Source: Phoronis australis (Eukaryota; Animalia; Phoronida). From it: a DNA stretch of 64,000 nt. Under the pieces are notes generated by a model. It did not search any database, was not told where the DNA came from, and saw nothing but the letters and a program-made list of their open reading frames with translations. This document shows, piece after piece, positions 40,685 through 53,992 of this stretch (position 1 is the first letter of the stretch; each line of letters opens with the position of its first letter). A program made the position numbers and the translations under genes. Location of the stretch: positions 473,474-537,473 of the forward strand of contig NMRA01000298.1 of assembly GCA_002633005.1 (NCBI GenBank), given 5' to 3'.

Positions 40685-41870
40685 CTACAAGTGCAGAGGA
40701 TCCTTGATTACGGGTATCAATTTCCGGTCCAACCCGCGAAGGGCAGCACTTTGAATGATTCGTGTAATCTGGCTTCTCAAAGTAACATTCGGACATTGCG
40801 TTTGGTTGGAAAATAATATTCTCGCTTTCCGACTGTTTGTTGTTGAGAAATGTGCCGGTACATGTGCAGGTATACCATTCCTGTCATTGAGAAACGTTTT
40901 TGTGATTTGCGCCTGCTAAATGAAGATCAAACATAAAGGATAAATACATTCATAACAGGTTCTTGTGTGTTTCTAAAACCTCGTTGAAGTTCAGATGTAG
41001 TAACATAAGAAATAAAATATATTTGCCTATATACACTTACCTCTAGATTATTTACCTTGACACGACGTTTAGATCAGTAATTTATCTGGACATCTTCAGA
41101 TGTTACAGCGTCCAAGTGCCCACCATGGACTACCGTTAGTGTCCGGGCTCATTCAAGATGGCCGGACAGTTTGCTGATAGAAGCGCCGTGCGCATGTAAG
41201 GCTAAAGATTGGTGTGTAACGACCAATAGATTTTAGAAGTCACAAGTTCTTATTTTGTGATGCATTCAAAAGGCGTCAAATAGAATTATAAAACGATTCG
41301 CTTTACTTTTCGTCTCATTCCTGGACGTTATAATTGTTTCTCATCAAAACTGCGCGTGCCTTATTTTGAGTGTAAGCTGTGATTGGGAAGTTATCACGTG
41401 ACGTTCATCTTGAATGACGTGGAAAGTGTCAAAAAAAAATGAGACACTAATCAAAATAAAAACAGAGCCAAAGTGCCTGATTTTTACAGGTGGTTTGATA
41501 TTTCCAGTTTAGGTTAATAAGGGTCTAATTATGCCTGCAATTTATAGTTACTGAAGTCGAGATTGCTTTCCTTTAACGTAAAAGCACCTCAAAATGGTGA
41601 TTTCAGCACATAATGGCAATATTTTATAAAAATGTCCACATACGAGTCCTATTTGTACCGTTGTGTACATGTACATGTACATTTTGCAATAGAATGGTAG
41701 CGATTGGGAAATATTCACTTTACATTTACCTTGAGTAACCTTGCGAGCTTCACAAATACATCGAGCATCTTGACTAACATGGCATACACTTGCCCGTATT
41801 TTGACCTTTAACCTCTGGACTCCCTGACGTATATCCCGTAAAATAGTTGAGTGTCAAGAACTCGGCTCAC

Positions 41871-42015
41871 CTCCGACATCTGCGATGTAGATACAGTGCC
41901 ATTTACCGCTCTTGCCGCACGGACCGACAGCCAGATCTTCCCAATCCTTGTTCTTGGCGCCTCTGATCTCAATAGTTGCCTTCTTCTCACCGTTTTTAGC
42001 TTCAATCACGTAAAG
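41871..42015 (-). CDS. Exon 3 of secreted bacterial-like protein (frame not in the ORF track)
   Basis: CCTAG|CTT (phase 0) to G|GTGAG (phase 1); LYVIEAKNGEKKATIEIRGAKNKDWEDLAVGPCGKSGKWHCIYIADVG. Confidence 0.9.
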
Positions 42016-43458
42016 CTAGGTTAAAAAAGCCGAAATTGTAATCACGTTTGAAGATGAGCTTAAATGTCGGATGTAATCATACACGATGAACGTGCTGTAT
42101 TTTTGTAAGAATTTTACGAACCCTGCGTCTAATGCCAATTCGGAGACTAATAATTCGCGAGTTTGGGAAGTACATGTATCTCATGATTCATGAGATTTCG
42201 ACACTTTCGTGTGCTGGCAAGCAGAGTAGGAGTCGCCTAGCCAGACTATTGGAATTCCATCTTTGTTCAGATGTTTTCTGTTCATGCGCAGTGTGAACTC
42301 AAAATAGAAGGACGATGATGCACTCGAGTACAGTATGTCCAAAAAGCGGTTCAGTGGTTAATGAATATCTTATCTGCAGTAACTTCTCAATTGGTGACTA
42401 GCCCCATCAGTTGCAAGTTCCAATCTCAAGTCGAAATATCGAGTTTTCAGTCGAGCTTGTTCATCGAGTTTTCTTGTCTTGAATTTGCAGTAAAGTAGTA
42501 CATAAAACATCAAATCTAGGTTCGAGTACAGGTTTCGATTTTTTTTACACAGGGGATACTAAAGACGTGTCGGTGTACCTTTCACAGGTCCCTGAGCAGA
42601 CGGACTTTTTGTTGTCCTGGCAATTAAGCTGGTAAAGCTCTCCTAGCCCTTTCTTAATACCCGGGTTCTTTGCGTTTTGTGAAATTAATACACGCACCAT
42701 GTTGGTCTGATTCTTGTTTTATTGCTCAATTTGTGCCTTCTCAATGTGCGAGTGGCACCTACCGGCTGGTCTGTGCGCCTTTATACGCCAAAAGGAATGC
42801 TTATTTTAAGAGCATAGACTTCTTCATCTGAACTTTGCTCCACATTAGTCTTACCCTAACAGGATTTGCACGCAAGCGGACGAGAAAGCGTCCACAGTTA
42901 ATCACTGAGTATCCAGCGAATTTCTCGGCAAATCAATGGTTTGATGGCGCTGTTGCTGATTTAAGTGAGCCAGTCGATATTCGTGGGCTTGGGAGAACGT
43001 GTTGGATGAGATAATTGCGGTCGTAAATCAACACGCATGGTTAGCGTACCAGTTTCAAAGTAAAAAACGAACAGTAAGTAAGGCAAACGACCAACATGGC
43101 TGTTTTTAAACTTGAAAAGCAAATAGGAGCCGTCTTTGAATTTTTCGATGCATTATAAGAAATACTAGCTCATAGGTTTTCTTCAGCATCGCGGCTAAGC
43201 CCTGAGCATTATCTTGTTTTAATCGATTTGGACGGGTTTGTCACAGTCTAGCTTAGGTGTTGGGGTAACAAAAGCCTAAATGTTATCGTAAGAGTTGTCT
43301 CCGTAATCGCCGTAATTGCTAAGAGGGTATTGTTACCATGGAACCCAGTTATCTTCATTATTTGTCTTTCCTACCTCACGACATTTATGTATAGGGCCTT
43401 TTAACATGACCACTGTTATTTAACCCATCATCAGTGTTATCTCTATGACAACACTTAC

Positions 43459-43589
43459 CCTTGCTCTGTCGCCAGAATCATTCAGTGTGTACAAATAGCC
43501 TGGATGTCTGCGGCTTGCTGCTAGGCCTGACGCCTCTCGCACTGCACTCACTCTGCCAACAGAGTCGCCATCTCTGAAACCGTTTTTAC
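43459..43589 (-). CDS. Exon 2 of secreted bacterial-like protein
   Basis: GGCAG|GT (phase 1) to AGG|GTAAGT (phase 0); VREASGLAASRRHPGYLYTLNDSGDRAR. Confidence 0.9.
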
Positions 43590-44162
43590 CTGCCAGTGGA
43601 ACGGAGAACAAAGTCCACAACCATTCATTTTAAAACTGATAGAACCAGTAAGGTTTATCAGTTTCAGTAGACCTACATTGTAACTGTCATTATCACATAT
43701 TTTGTAAGGTGTTATTATACGATTTAGACAGATTATTAATTTATGAACTCACCACCGGATAAACGTTTGGAGTCAATAATAAGCATATATGACCAATCCC
43801 GTGGGTGATATTTTACAACTGTGGATTAGGAGGTGTTATAAGGTCATATGGACTAAGCAAGAGCATTATTGCTCAAGACCGAGGGTGCGGTGAGAAATCA
43901 TCGCTTGATTAATAGAAACAGTGTTCTGTCCCATAATTCAAGAATCTAACCTCACCGATCAATCGCTTTAGTGACCGCCATTTTGCCGGGGTATATTAGG
44001 TCCCGCGCATAGACCTACATGTATGTATGCGCAAAGAGTCTTTCAATCGCATAATCTTGTTTTTTCAGCATGTTTCGTCTACAGAAGGCACCCGACTTCT
44101 CTGTGTACAAGAGGTAAATACCTGACGAGCTATAACATATGAGCATTGTCACAGCAACTTAC

Positions 44163-44253
44163 CTCTAGCTAGTCTTTCCAATATCTCTTGGTGGGAGAGC
44201 GGGGCTGTGTGCGCAACAGCAACCAGGCAAGCTAATGCCAAGAAATAAGACAT
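44163..44253 (-). CDS. Exon 1 (signal peptide) of secreted bacterial-like protein
   Basis: MSYFLALACLVAVAHTAPLSHQEILERLAR, donor G|GTAAG phase 1; upstream acceptor at 44262 and donor at 44506 suggest a 5'UTR exon. Confidence 0.75.
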
Positions 44254-47200
44254 GGTAAGAACTGAAATAATAGATGGTGGATAAATGGGTTAAAAGGTCA
44301 TTGTATTAAATGTCGAGCGCGCTATGCTTGAAATGACACATGCAGTAAATCATGACAACAACGAATATTTCGTTTTAACTCATTGGTTAGTCCTAAATAG
44401 CAGACGATTTCCATGTATCAATTGTTACCAACTAATAATCTAAACTAAGGTTGAAACCGTGGAGAAACGCACATTTTGATCTGGAATACACATGGAGAAA
44501 TCTCACCTTGAGGCTGTTCTGTGGACTGATGTGGTCGCTAAGTGAGGTCGGACTTTCTTATTTCACAGCCGTATCTTAGTATTTCGCCAGATGGTTCGTG
44601 TCCCATGGAGTGAATAGAACGTGAATCACTTATGCAAGATTAACTAAATGCCTTCACGTGAAGGGTCCTACCCCACCTTATCTAGACATGTGGTAATTAG
44701 AAATCAGGAGGATTTATATAGTTTGGTGTATGCAACTATCTAAGTGCGGTGTACATTTTATTAGACTGCGCGGGGTTAATTTTGCAGCACCCACTACTGA
44801 TAATTCAAATTTCACCTCTAGTCACCGCGGTATTTCTCCATGGTGTTTCACTCGCGTTCGTATCTTTGGACCAGGTGTGTTCAAGCTTCCGCTACTGTCT
44901 GGTTTTACATGAAATTCATTCTTTGTTCTGTAGTGGGCTGCAGTGCAGGCGTGGCGGAGGATTCTGGTTAATTTTCAGTCTTGCCAGCTTACTCCACTAG
45001 GTCTTAGTGCTGGCATTGGAAGAATGGGTTTCATGTGAAAATGATTAGATGGTGCGTGGCGCCAAATTCTGTACGCAAGGCCGGACCGTCATAAGGACTA
45101 TGTCATAAGCTTTCTGCGGACAGACGCTCGTGATAACCTCAAATGCCGTTTCGACCGCGGTTTTCTTGCTTCAAATCCGGGCGCCTTTGATAATCAGGTT
45201 TCCATTCATCGAAATGTGCTTATTATTGAGTGCAGTATCACTGCTGTGAGTCCGGTGGACGTTTATCTTGTTATCAAGAAGGCTCGCGGGATCTCTTGGG
45301 CGCTACGACTATACCTTATGGACGTGTATATGGTGCAGCTGCAACTTCGGGATTACCAAAGGTCCCTTCGCACTACTATAGACAGCCCATTGTCTTCTTT
45401 CTCTAATTAAAAGTGTCGAAGACAATGTCACGACCTCTCGGGCGCTCGATGGGTGGCCAGTCGATTGTAAATAATGGAACATCCACGCGGGGTCCTTCCA
45501 AAAGTCTAACCCGGCCCCCCCTCCCCCTTTCTCCACTTCCCCAGTGTAGGCTCATTATGTACATGTAGGCTACGTGCACAACCGTGCCCCGATACTCGGA
45601 TATTAATTCTTCGGACAGTTGACTCGTGCATCTACAGTTGGAGACGACATTTGTTATACCTGTATTAGTAGCGTTTCCAGAAATGAACAATTAGAAATCC
45701 AAGGCATTAAGAAAAAAGAACATGACTTCAGCATGTGTCTGAAATCAACATAATACATTTCTGTCCAATGCCCGGACCACTGGTGCCCATTTTCTTAGAG
45801 AGGAACCTTACATTTTCGAAAACGTATTGGGTCTATTTCGTATATATTACTTATTTTAAAGGTTATTTCAAGACTTATCTATAAAATGATATTACAGTGG
45901 CGGATCTAGGATATCACAAGGGGGCCCCAACATTTTGTAAGCATTTGCGCAAACTGAACCACGATTGTAGATGCGCATAGCGCCGAATGTTGGGAGGTCG
46001 GGAGGGTGGGGGTTGCTGGCGGATAGAGCCAGCGTGCGTTACCACTACGCCACCATGATTTAACTACTTATCTCATACTAAGAGACCTACTTGTTTATGG
46101 TCCACAGCGTTTGTGCGCGAAACCTACTTCTTTTTGTAATGCTTATTACACGTTTTATATTTTGTGCCATCAATTCTTAACACATTTGTCGTATTTGAAA
46201 TAGTCTTCAAATGCCCAAAAGACCAAATCCGTTTTTTGTGTTAGAACTAATGACGGGATTGCTTTGGAAATCGTCTTAAGATAAGGTTTGACAAAGAGAG
46301 TATTGCGAGTTCCTGAGTGACTCACTAAGGCTTCGATTAAAATTCACATCTTACCATCAGCTTCTGTTTTTTCATCGTCACTCAGGTTCCATTTTCTTTA
46401 AAAAATGAAGTAAATTTTCTTCATTGCACAGTGGAGCAGACGACGGAAACGGAGTCGTATTGCGCAGCGCCACTGCCGGTCACCTGGGATATAGCGGGAG
46501 AGCCTATACTTAGCCATAATTCCGTTACGAATGCGCCGTGTTCCGAATTTAACACTTGAAATTGGATTTGAGCCTGGTCTGGTACTCAATTAGCTTCATT
46601 GCTTGCGTCTGGCATCATTGTTCGAGTCGAACGGTAAACTGCTACGTACCGAGGCTGGGACTGAAAATGTATAGGCGCCTCTGGCACTAAGTAGATTTAT
46701 TAGAACGGAATGGCAAGAGAACAAAGTTTATTCTAACATGCAGATCTGTTCCTAACTTACATATATTATACTCTCTTTGTCACATGAAGTTCCGCCTCAA
46801 GAACTGGTATTTTTATTAATTTCAAGACAACACTGCCCGGTTGTATGAAAAAGTCCTGAATAGGGACTCAGCAAAGTGCCCTGAGTTTTGTGTATATGTT
46901 TCGCTCTTTACTCACAGTTGCAAACTTTCCCTGTCATTTTATCTACAGTATGTTATGATCTCCTCCAAATAATACGGCTAAAAACGGAGAGTTCTTAACT
47001 TGAGGGTTTTGAACGAAAATTCCCCACTCGTTTTCAAAAACATTGAGACTTCAACGAAGAGCTTACAATGGATTTGTTTCAAAGCCCTCCACTTAGTAAG
47101 GAAACTAAAACGCCATAAGAAAGGACAATCAGTGCTTTCACATGTCCACAATTACGCAGTAGATATACAGTACTTAGTTGAGTACCAATTTTTGACTGTC

Positions 47201-47863
47201 GCACAACCAGGCACTGGTAAAACATGTCAAATTGATCAAAAACCATTTGAAAAGACAACGTTGCTCTTCAAGGTTATGCAGGATTTTATCGACTGTGTTT
47301 TGGAGAACAGTGCATAATGCATAAAGTGTAGTATTTGAAAGTTTCGCATGAATCCGTTAGTCCGTTTCTATGACATGATGTTATCAATTCAGCCATATTT
47401 GGCTATTTTTAGGGTCCTTCATAACCTGAATCACATAACGCAGGCAACTCGTCAATATCCGTATTTGATTAATCACACCATAAACACAAATTAGTAGACA
47501 CGCTTTAGTCACAGCCATACACACAAACAAATTTTAGTCATAATATAGTCAAACTCTTAAATACAAAAATATGTAAGTCACATTTGAGTTACACCTATCA
47601 CATATTCTAATACAACCTAATCACATTTTAGTTATGACTTGTTATTAAGACACAAATAAGTCACATTTTAGGCACTACTAAATGGGATAAGGGGGTACAA
47701 ATCAGTCATTTACTTAAATATCGCGTAGGTTACGTGAATGTTAGAGCAACAAGCTAGAGTTTCAAACTCTGGCTTGAGCGGCCTTACGGAATGTCGGAAA
47801 CACCCTCGCGTTCCATGCCTAAAAAGTGAACGATTCAGCTTGTCCAAACCCTTTTCGACAATA

Positions 47864-48087
47864 CTACGAGTTCTCTTTTAGAATCAACGATAGGGTTTCA
47901 TTATCAAAGTGGTTTTGCCATCTCCTGTAGACGTAGAGTCTGAGTTTGTAGAGTCCGAAGAGGAACACGTGTGTCGCTGGTAGCAAGAGTATAAGTACAC
48001 CAGGCACAAATGCAGCCGTGGTGCCGGGGCAGTTGATAGGGTCAATTATACACTTGTAGATGTAGTTGTGGTTTAGGGCATTGGTAC
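47864..48087 (-). CDS. Terminal exon of rolling stone-like membrane protein
   Basis: CCCTAG|GT, phase 1; GTNALNHNYIY..ID..PGTT..THVFLFGLYKLRLYVY matches the rolling stone C-terminus. Confidence 0.85.
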
Positions 48088-48177
48088 CTAGGGAAAGAAG
48101 GTGATACATTATAGGTCTAAGTTTATGAACAGCATTATAAAGTGGTACGTGTACTATTACCCTGCCAGAAAACTCAA

Positions 48178-51100
48178 GAGTGACTCCATATGAAAACCAG
48201 CAGGTGGAATCCATACTCAAAATCCCAAATTCTTTTCGACTTAGCACATGAGTTTGGTTTGGTGAGATGTAGAAAATTTCAAGAATTTTCATCCATTATT
48301 TCTCTTTTTATGACATGTACTTCCATTTTGCAACACAATTGGGCTCCGAAGTAGATATGTTTGAATGCATTTTACTACCATCAGGAAGAGCTAATCAGGA
48401 AGGGACAACTAGCTAAACCGCTGTTTTTAGTCTCCTTCCCCAGACTAATTTCAGGAATTATGTTTCATTTTGAAGAAAACAGTTGATTTCATCAGAAAGA
48501 GTAAAGCTTTTTCTATAGAAGAATTTCCATAAAATTACTTTGCAACTTTAAAAAGCGGTATAATTATGCTTTGAAAATATCGACTTCATCGCATACAATC
48601 GCAACTTCCCACACGCACTCACGGGTATTTACGCTTTTCCGTCGACGTACATGTATAGATGGCGCAGTAGTCAAGTACTCCCTCATTAGCATATCAAATT
48701 TGCATGCTGTGAATGAGTTTTCGAGATTCTTGTCAGTTGTTAATCAAAATGGTGTCCTTACGTGAGTTAGTGATAGATAAAGTGACAAAAGAATCTCACT
48801 GTGACGGATTTTATCCTGCAAGGAAAGTTCTCTGAGACACGTTTGCCTCGACTCCGTTTAGTGAATTAGTAATATTTGAGGAGTTTTCCGGCCTCTTCCA
48901 TTAAATAAAGCGGAATGCTGCGGATCGAATCGCCAGGAAACCGGTGACGAAGAGCTAAGCCGGCGTACTGTTTCGCGCTGATTGGGGTCATGCTCTGCGT
49001 GATAGAAAGTTCACGAAAAATTTATTCATCCAGATGAATTCTCTGTTGCCAGAATTGGACTTGATGAGTAAATATGACCCTGACCTGCGATGCGTCAGCA
49101 GTGCAGTGTGCAATGCTGCTTTTTGTAAATGCACCGTGAGTCCTAGGCGGCTCCGCCACCGTGTAGTCCGCTGCTAGTACCAGTTCAGCCACTGCCAGCA
49201 CTGACAACACCAGTGCCGGAAGTAGACGGAATCTTTTTCCCGGCCCCAGTTCAATTAGTTGTACCTCCGAACTCACACCCCAGCCTGATTGGAGTTTACA
49301 TGTACTTTCAGGTGGTTGAATTGGAGAGATGTTTCGTACATACAAGAAGATCAGGGGTAATGCATCATACATTCAGAAAAAATGGCTGCCGTGACCGCTT
49401 CTGCAGATGTAAAACGAAGTAGGTTTTATTTTGATTTCCTGGGAATAAGAACATGGGATTGGGAGTTATAAAATTATTTATGTCCCTTGATTTGTATCAA
49501 TGGTCACATGACACTGGGTCTAATTCTTATCAATTGATGTTATTTTCAAAACTGAATTGTCGTATACTTTCCTGAGTTCACTCTAAATCTAATGACCCTC
49601 GTTGCAAAGCACGTGACTTTCTCGTCGATTGGAAGCAAAACAATGTTCATGTGATTAGCTTTTCAATACAACAGTATGCGTATCACAGGCTTCTTTTGAT
49701 TTCGGGACAAGCTGAACATAGACATATTTTAAAGATGCCATGTCTCATTAAACTTGTGAATATTTGAAGTTGTAGCAAGCACCACCTAATGACTTCCTGG
49801 AGAACTGTTTGTACAAGTTTAACCAGAAAAAAAAAACAAATTGTAAATAAATTGCGGTTTTAAAGAAAACATTACAACTGATACTGATAAGCTTAAAAAC
49901 AAATGTGAACATACAAAAAACCAATAATTTCAAATACAATGCAATCGTAATTTGACAGTGAAATAAATAAATATAAAAACTGTGCCTTGTTTCATTTGGG
50001 TAACACTGAAACATTACTATTCATTTGCATAAAAATAGTCTCGCAAAACGAGACTTTCGCGAGATTGTAATGGTAACGGGTTCTCAGATGGTTTTCAGTA
50101 TATGGTAGGACCCGGGTATGTTTGTAAATTAGTACTTCATCTGCATATTCACAATTTAATGAGACGATGCATCTTTAAAATATGTAGTTCGACTGGACTA
50201 GTGGCGGTCTTTCAACAAGGGATTTTTAAACAGCACTATTGGCCAGGGACTTCATGACCGTACCTATCAAAAAATCTTCAAAGCAAATGGCCATATTAAA
50301 ATGAACTTTTCTCGAAACTGGGTCATAATAAAACGAACTTAGACCCAGCACAGACGGGTAGGTTCGAGCTAAGCTGTCTGTCTCAAGTGAAATATAGCTG
50401 AGTTGAGCGGCGACTAGCATTAGTTCATCGAATTTCGTATTTTCACACTTTTAGATATCAGCTACAGTTACTCAGTTAGGAATCTCCCAGCTAATCGTCA
50501 GTGCGCTGGCCTTAGGCTCATGCTTACTGTCCCTAAAACATTGGTTCACGGTTTCTCAAATCCTGATAACAGCATCCATGGGATTGACNCCAGCGAACAG
50601 GAAATGGGTTGGAGTTGGGGTAAGGTCGTGGCGATAGAGAAAGGGGATGTTATTTGGCGCAGTCGAATTCATTTGTGCTCCCAATAATTGTTGCCTTCCT
50701 ACGTGCCTGCAGATGGATGAGACTTCCCGGCGACGTCGAGACTACCGTGGCTAAGGGCTAACGCTAATTTCTCGACTAATACCTGCTTCTAAATCTGGTG
50801 TTAAGGAAAGTTAAAAACAAAATGACAATGTCACACATGCAAGCGTATTCAAATACAATCAAATGTATTTTCATGTGAAACCATATTCAATGTTCTTCGA
50901 ATATTCACTAGGATCGATTTCTCAAGTGACTGCTGTTTTCTTAGAATGAGATCGGACCAATCAGGAAGAACTGCGTTTCAAGTCATACACTATTGGCATC
51001 TGACGGTTCAAATTGGAAGCTCGCGTCGTATGACGTCGTTCGACGTATGAGATGCAAGTCTTATTTGCATATATCAGCGACATCTATTGGTGTAAAAAAG

Positions 51101-51560
51101 AAGATCCTGAACGAGTGCAAAGAGGTGTCTTTTGCAAGGGTAAAACATGTCATGCTCAAAGCATCCAAGGGCCACTAATACATGTATGCAGTCTTTGGGG
51201 ACAGGAGTGGTGTTATTTTATAGGTGAAGAGCTAAGCTTTCAAACACAATGCTTGGATTTCAGACAACTTGGACATTCTCTTTTGAAATCACTTTTGAAA
51301 ACACGTTAAAATGCGCCAAAACAGTTGTCCCTTCCTGGCTATATGCTACCATGTATAGCTCGCTGATAACAAATTAGTGACACACTTTTAAATGACTATG
51401 ATTGAATAATTTAACGGCATAACTTTCAAAATTCATTTTCGTGGCAAAAGCGGCTATTTTGCAGGTTTTCACTTAAGCCATTTTCGGCCACATTTGGCAC
51501 TCTGTAGCAGCTACCGTATATTACACCTTTTCAAAAACTGACTTTATAATAATTTGTTTA
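48178..51560 (-). mobile_element. Older copy of the Sola3-like right end, split by an inserted element
   Basis: 48178-48381 matches the reverse complement of about 9985-10197, and 51346-51560 matches the reverse complement of about 9767-9990. Confidence 0.75.
48392..51341. mobile_element. TIR element (possibly non-autonomous Academ-like) nested in the Sola3-like copy
   Basis: Perfect 15-bp inverted repeat CAGGAAGGGACAACT (48396-48410) / AGTTGTCCCTTCCTG (51323-51337); the right end reads TAG on the minus strand. Confidence 0.6.
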
Positions 51561-51851
51561 GTCGTTTCTAGGGTCTTCATATTCTAAAATAAAAAATCTT
51601 GCCTCTCCCGTAGTTTTTGCTTACGAAGGTGTGCGCGGGCAAAACTAGCGTGCCTCACTCATCAGGAACTTAGAATGACATCTGCCGCATTGAGATGAGC
51701 CCTCCCATCCTCAGACATGATGGCGTTTGGAAAAGGTTTTGAAAAGAAATTTTGGTAGAGGGTCAATGCTAAAATAACATGTTTTATTAAAAGTCCAGTA
51801 AAGCGTATGTTCCCCCTCATGATTTTGGAAGACTTTAGTTATTATACCAAC

Positions 51852-52013
51852 CTCCGGTGTAGAGATAGATGATTACGGTCACACAATAGAGACAAAAAGC
51901 CGCCATCGGGTAGACTACATGGAGCACTCTAACAGGTGTCGCTGTAATCAATGTGTCAACAACAACGTACACAATCGTTATGTGCATGTGTGTTTGAACG
52001 ATACCCACGGGAT
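51852..52013 (-). CDS. Internal exon of rolling stone-like gene
   Basis: TTTCAG|AT to G|GTTGGT, phase 1-1; THMHITIVYVVVDTLITATPVRVLHVVYP..IYLYTGG. Confidence 0.85.
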
Positions 52014-53316
52014 CTGAAAGACAAGGAGAATTTTGACAGCCAGAAGCGAACCACGAAGCACACTCTTTCCAAAACACATTACAATTTTATTGTTTGGCCT
52101 ATTTAAACGACGTATGAACTATGACTAGGCGAAACAAAAGAACGTCCTACAACTGATGTCGTCAACCTTGAAAAGTAAAGGGGTAGGTTGTTTGCAAATC
52201 AGTAAACTAGAGGGTGAAATGCTTGCCTGTGGGTAAAGCCAGAACATCTGAAACCGCACATAAATCAATTTGCATCGCAACCACCTGAAGACCTACTGGG
52301 TGTACCGTAGAGCGTATAATAATTTACAAAAATGTGTTTTTGAGACTGTAACTTGGGAATTTTATTAAATAAAATTTGGTCCTAATAAGGATACCAATGC
52401 TTTGCAATCAACGTTTTTTATTCTTTTTTTTTTTTGCTGAATTTAAATAAAAAATACATGATCACATGACCCAATTAACGACAAATTGTTAAAAATCCAA
52501 AAATTAAATTCTTCAACCTTTCTTTTTTCAGAAAATTTAAATTTTTACTGAGTTAAAATCTACAGTTTTGTAGATGTTATGTTAAATCCATATATTTGTC
52601 GATAAGATCTAACATAACCTCAATCGGATTTGTTGATAATAAAACAATGGGAGAAGGGGAAATGACATTACTTCGAGATATAACGTATTAGCAAAAACGC
52701 TGTTCCTAGAAACAAACTGCAAAACGAACATGCACATAAGTAGACGGCCTCCTTCGGTGAGGATAGAAAGAACTTGTCACGACAGGAAATTGATTAAAAT
52801 CAATTAAAGGCGATGCTGTGGCTGCGTAGCTGTCAGTGTTGAATTCTTAAACAAAATGCTTCGGAGATTAAATCAATTATCGCACTTATCCTATCCTGAA
52901 TTGTTCCGAAATGAACCGGAAATCAAGCCACTGGCATTGCGTACATGCGCCATTTTTAATTCGCAATCTTATGGTTGGTCAACCCCAATAAACTCTTACG
53001 CACTTGTTGAGTCACCGATGGTTTCAATGTTCTTGTTCTTGTTCATGACGAAAACTTGGTCCATTTAATGTACTTTAAACAAAAAGATGACTTTGGTCAT
53101 TTTTTTCGTTTTTGGCAGGTAAATGTTGAGGTAGGTCAGTTTTAAACAACGCCGATGATGCAGTATTATTTTTACATTATCTTTGAAAACCAAAATGGAC
53201 ACTAATATACACATACAGACAAGATTTTGGGGGAGAAAACGAATAATCAGGTTGGACTATCGGTAGTCCAAGTTATGAATGCACATCAGTGTTAGTACAA
53301 CTGATGTTGATAATAC

Positions 53317-53439
53317 CTTTGTAGGTTGGAACCATGGCTGTCCAGTAAACCAGAGTTACAAGACAGGCGGCGTCAAAGGCTATGACTTGGAGAAACCATG
53401 CGGCCTTGTGATGCCACGTCATAGTCTCGTGTGTGAAAT
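53317..53439 (-). CDS. Internal exon of rolling stone-like gene
   Basis: CTGCAG|AT to G|GTATT, phase 1-1; MTWHHKAAWFLQVIAFDAACLVTLVYW. Confidence 0.85.
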
Positions 53440-53992
53440 CTGCAGAAAAAATCGTATTAGCTACAAATAGTAAGGCAATCGTACTTTCTGAGAATATTGT
53501 TACGATTGTAGGGCCTTTTCTGCAAATTACGTCATCAAATGTTACTTTTGCACAGGAATGGACCAACGGAATTCCTTTAGTTGGCTTTAATTGTTGAAGC
53601 AAAATCTTGATGCCGTTTTCGGAAGCAAAATTTCAACTTCGACAGAGATAAAAACTTGGCATATGTAAACACGTACATTGATGGGACACAGCCCGGACAC
53701 AGTACGACTGTAGAAAACTAGAAATACTAAGTGGTTGTATTTCGTTGTTTGAATGAGCTCCCCTGACAAACGCAAAATCAAAACACAGCATGACTCGCCA
53801 TAGCATGTCTTCCAGACATTTGCTGAAATCAAGCGCGGTGTCTTTAACATTTAAAACGCTTAAAATGTTCAGCATTAGAGTATGAGCCTACTGCTGCTAA
53901 GTTAATGGGCTCTATTCCGTGCCATTGATAAGTTTTGCAAAATTAATGTTCTATCCAACAATGTCACTTTAACAAATCTGCATTTTCTTTAC

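Noticed and set aside
39441-44253. Bacterial contamination as the source of the bacterial-like gene
   Set aside because: The gene has four spliceosomal introns in consistent phase and is contiguous with animal genes and TEs.
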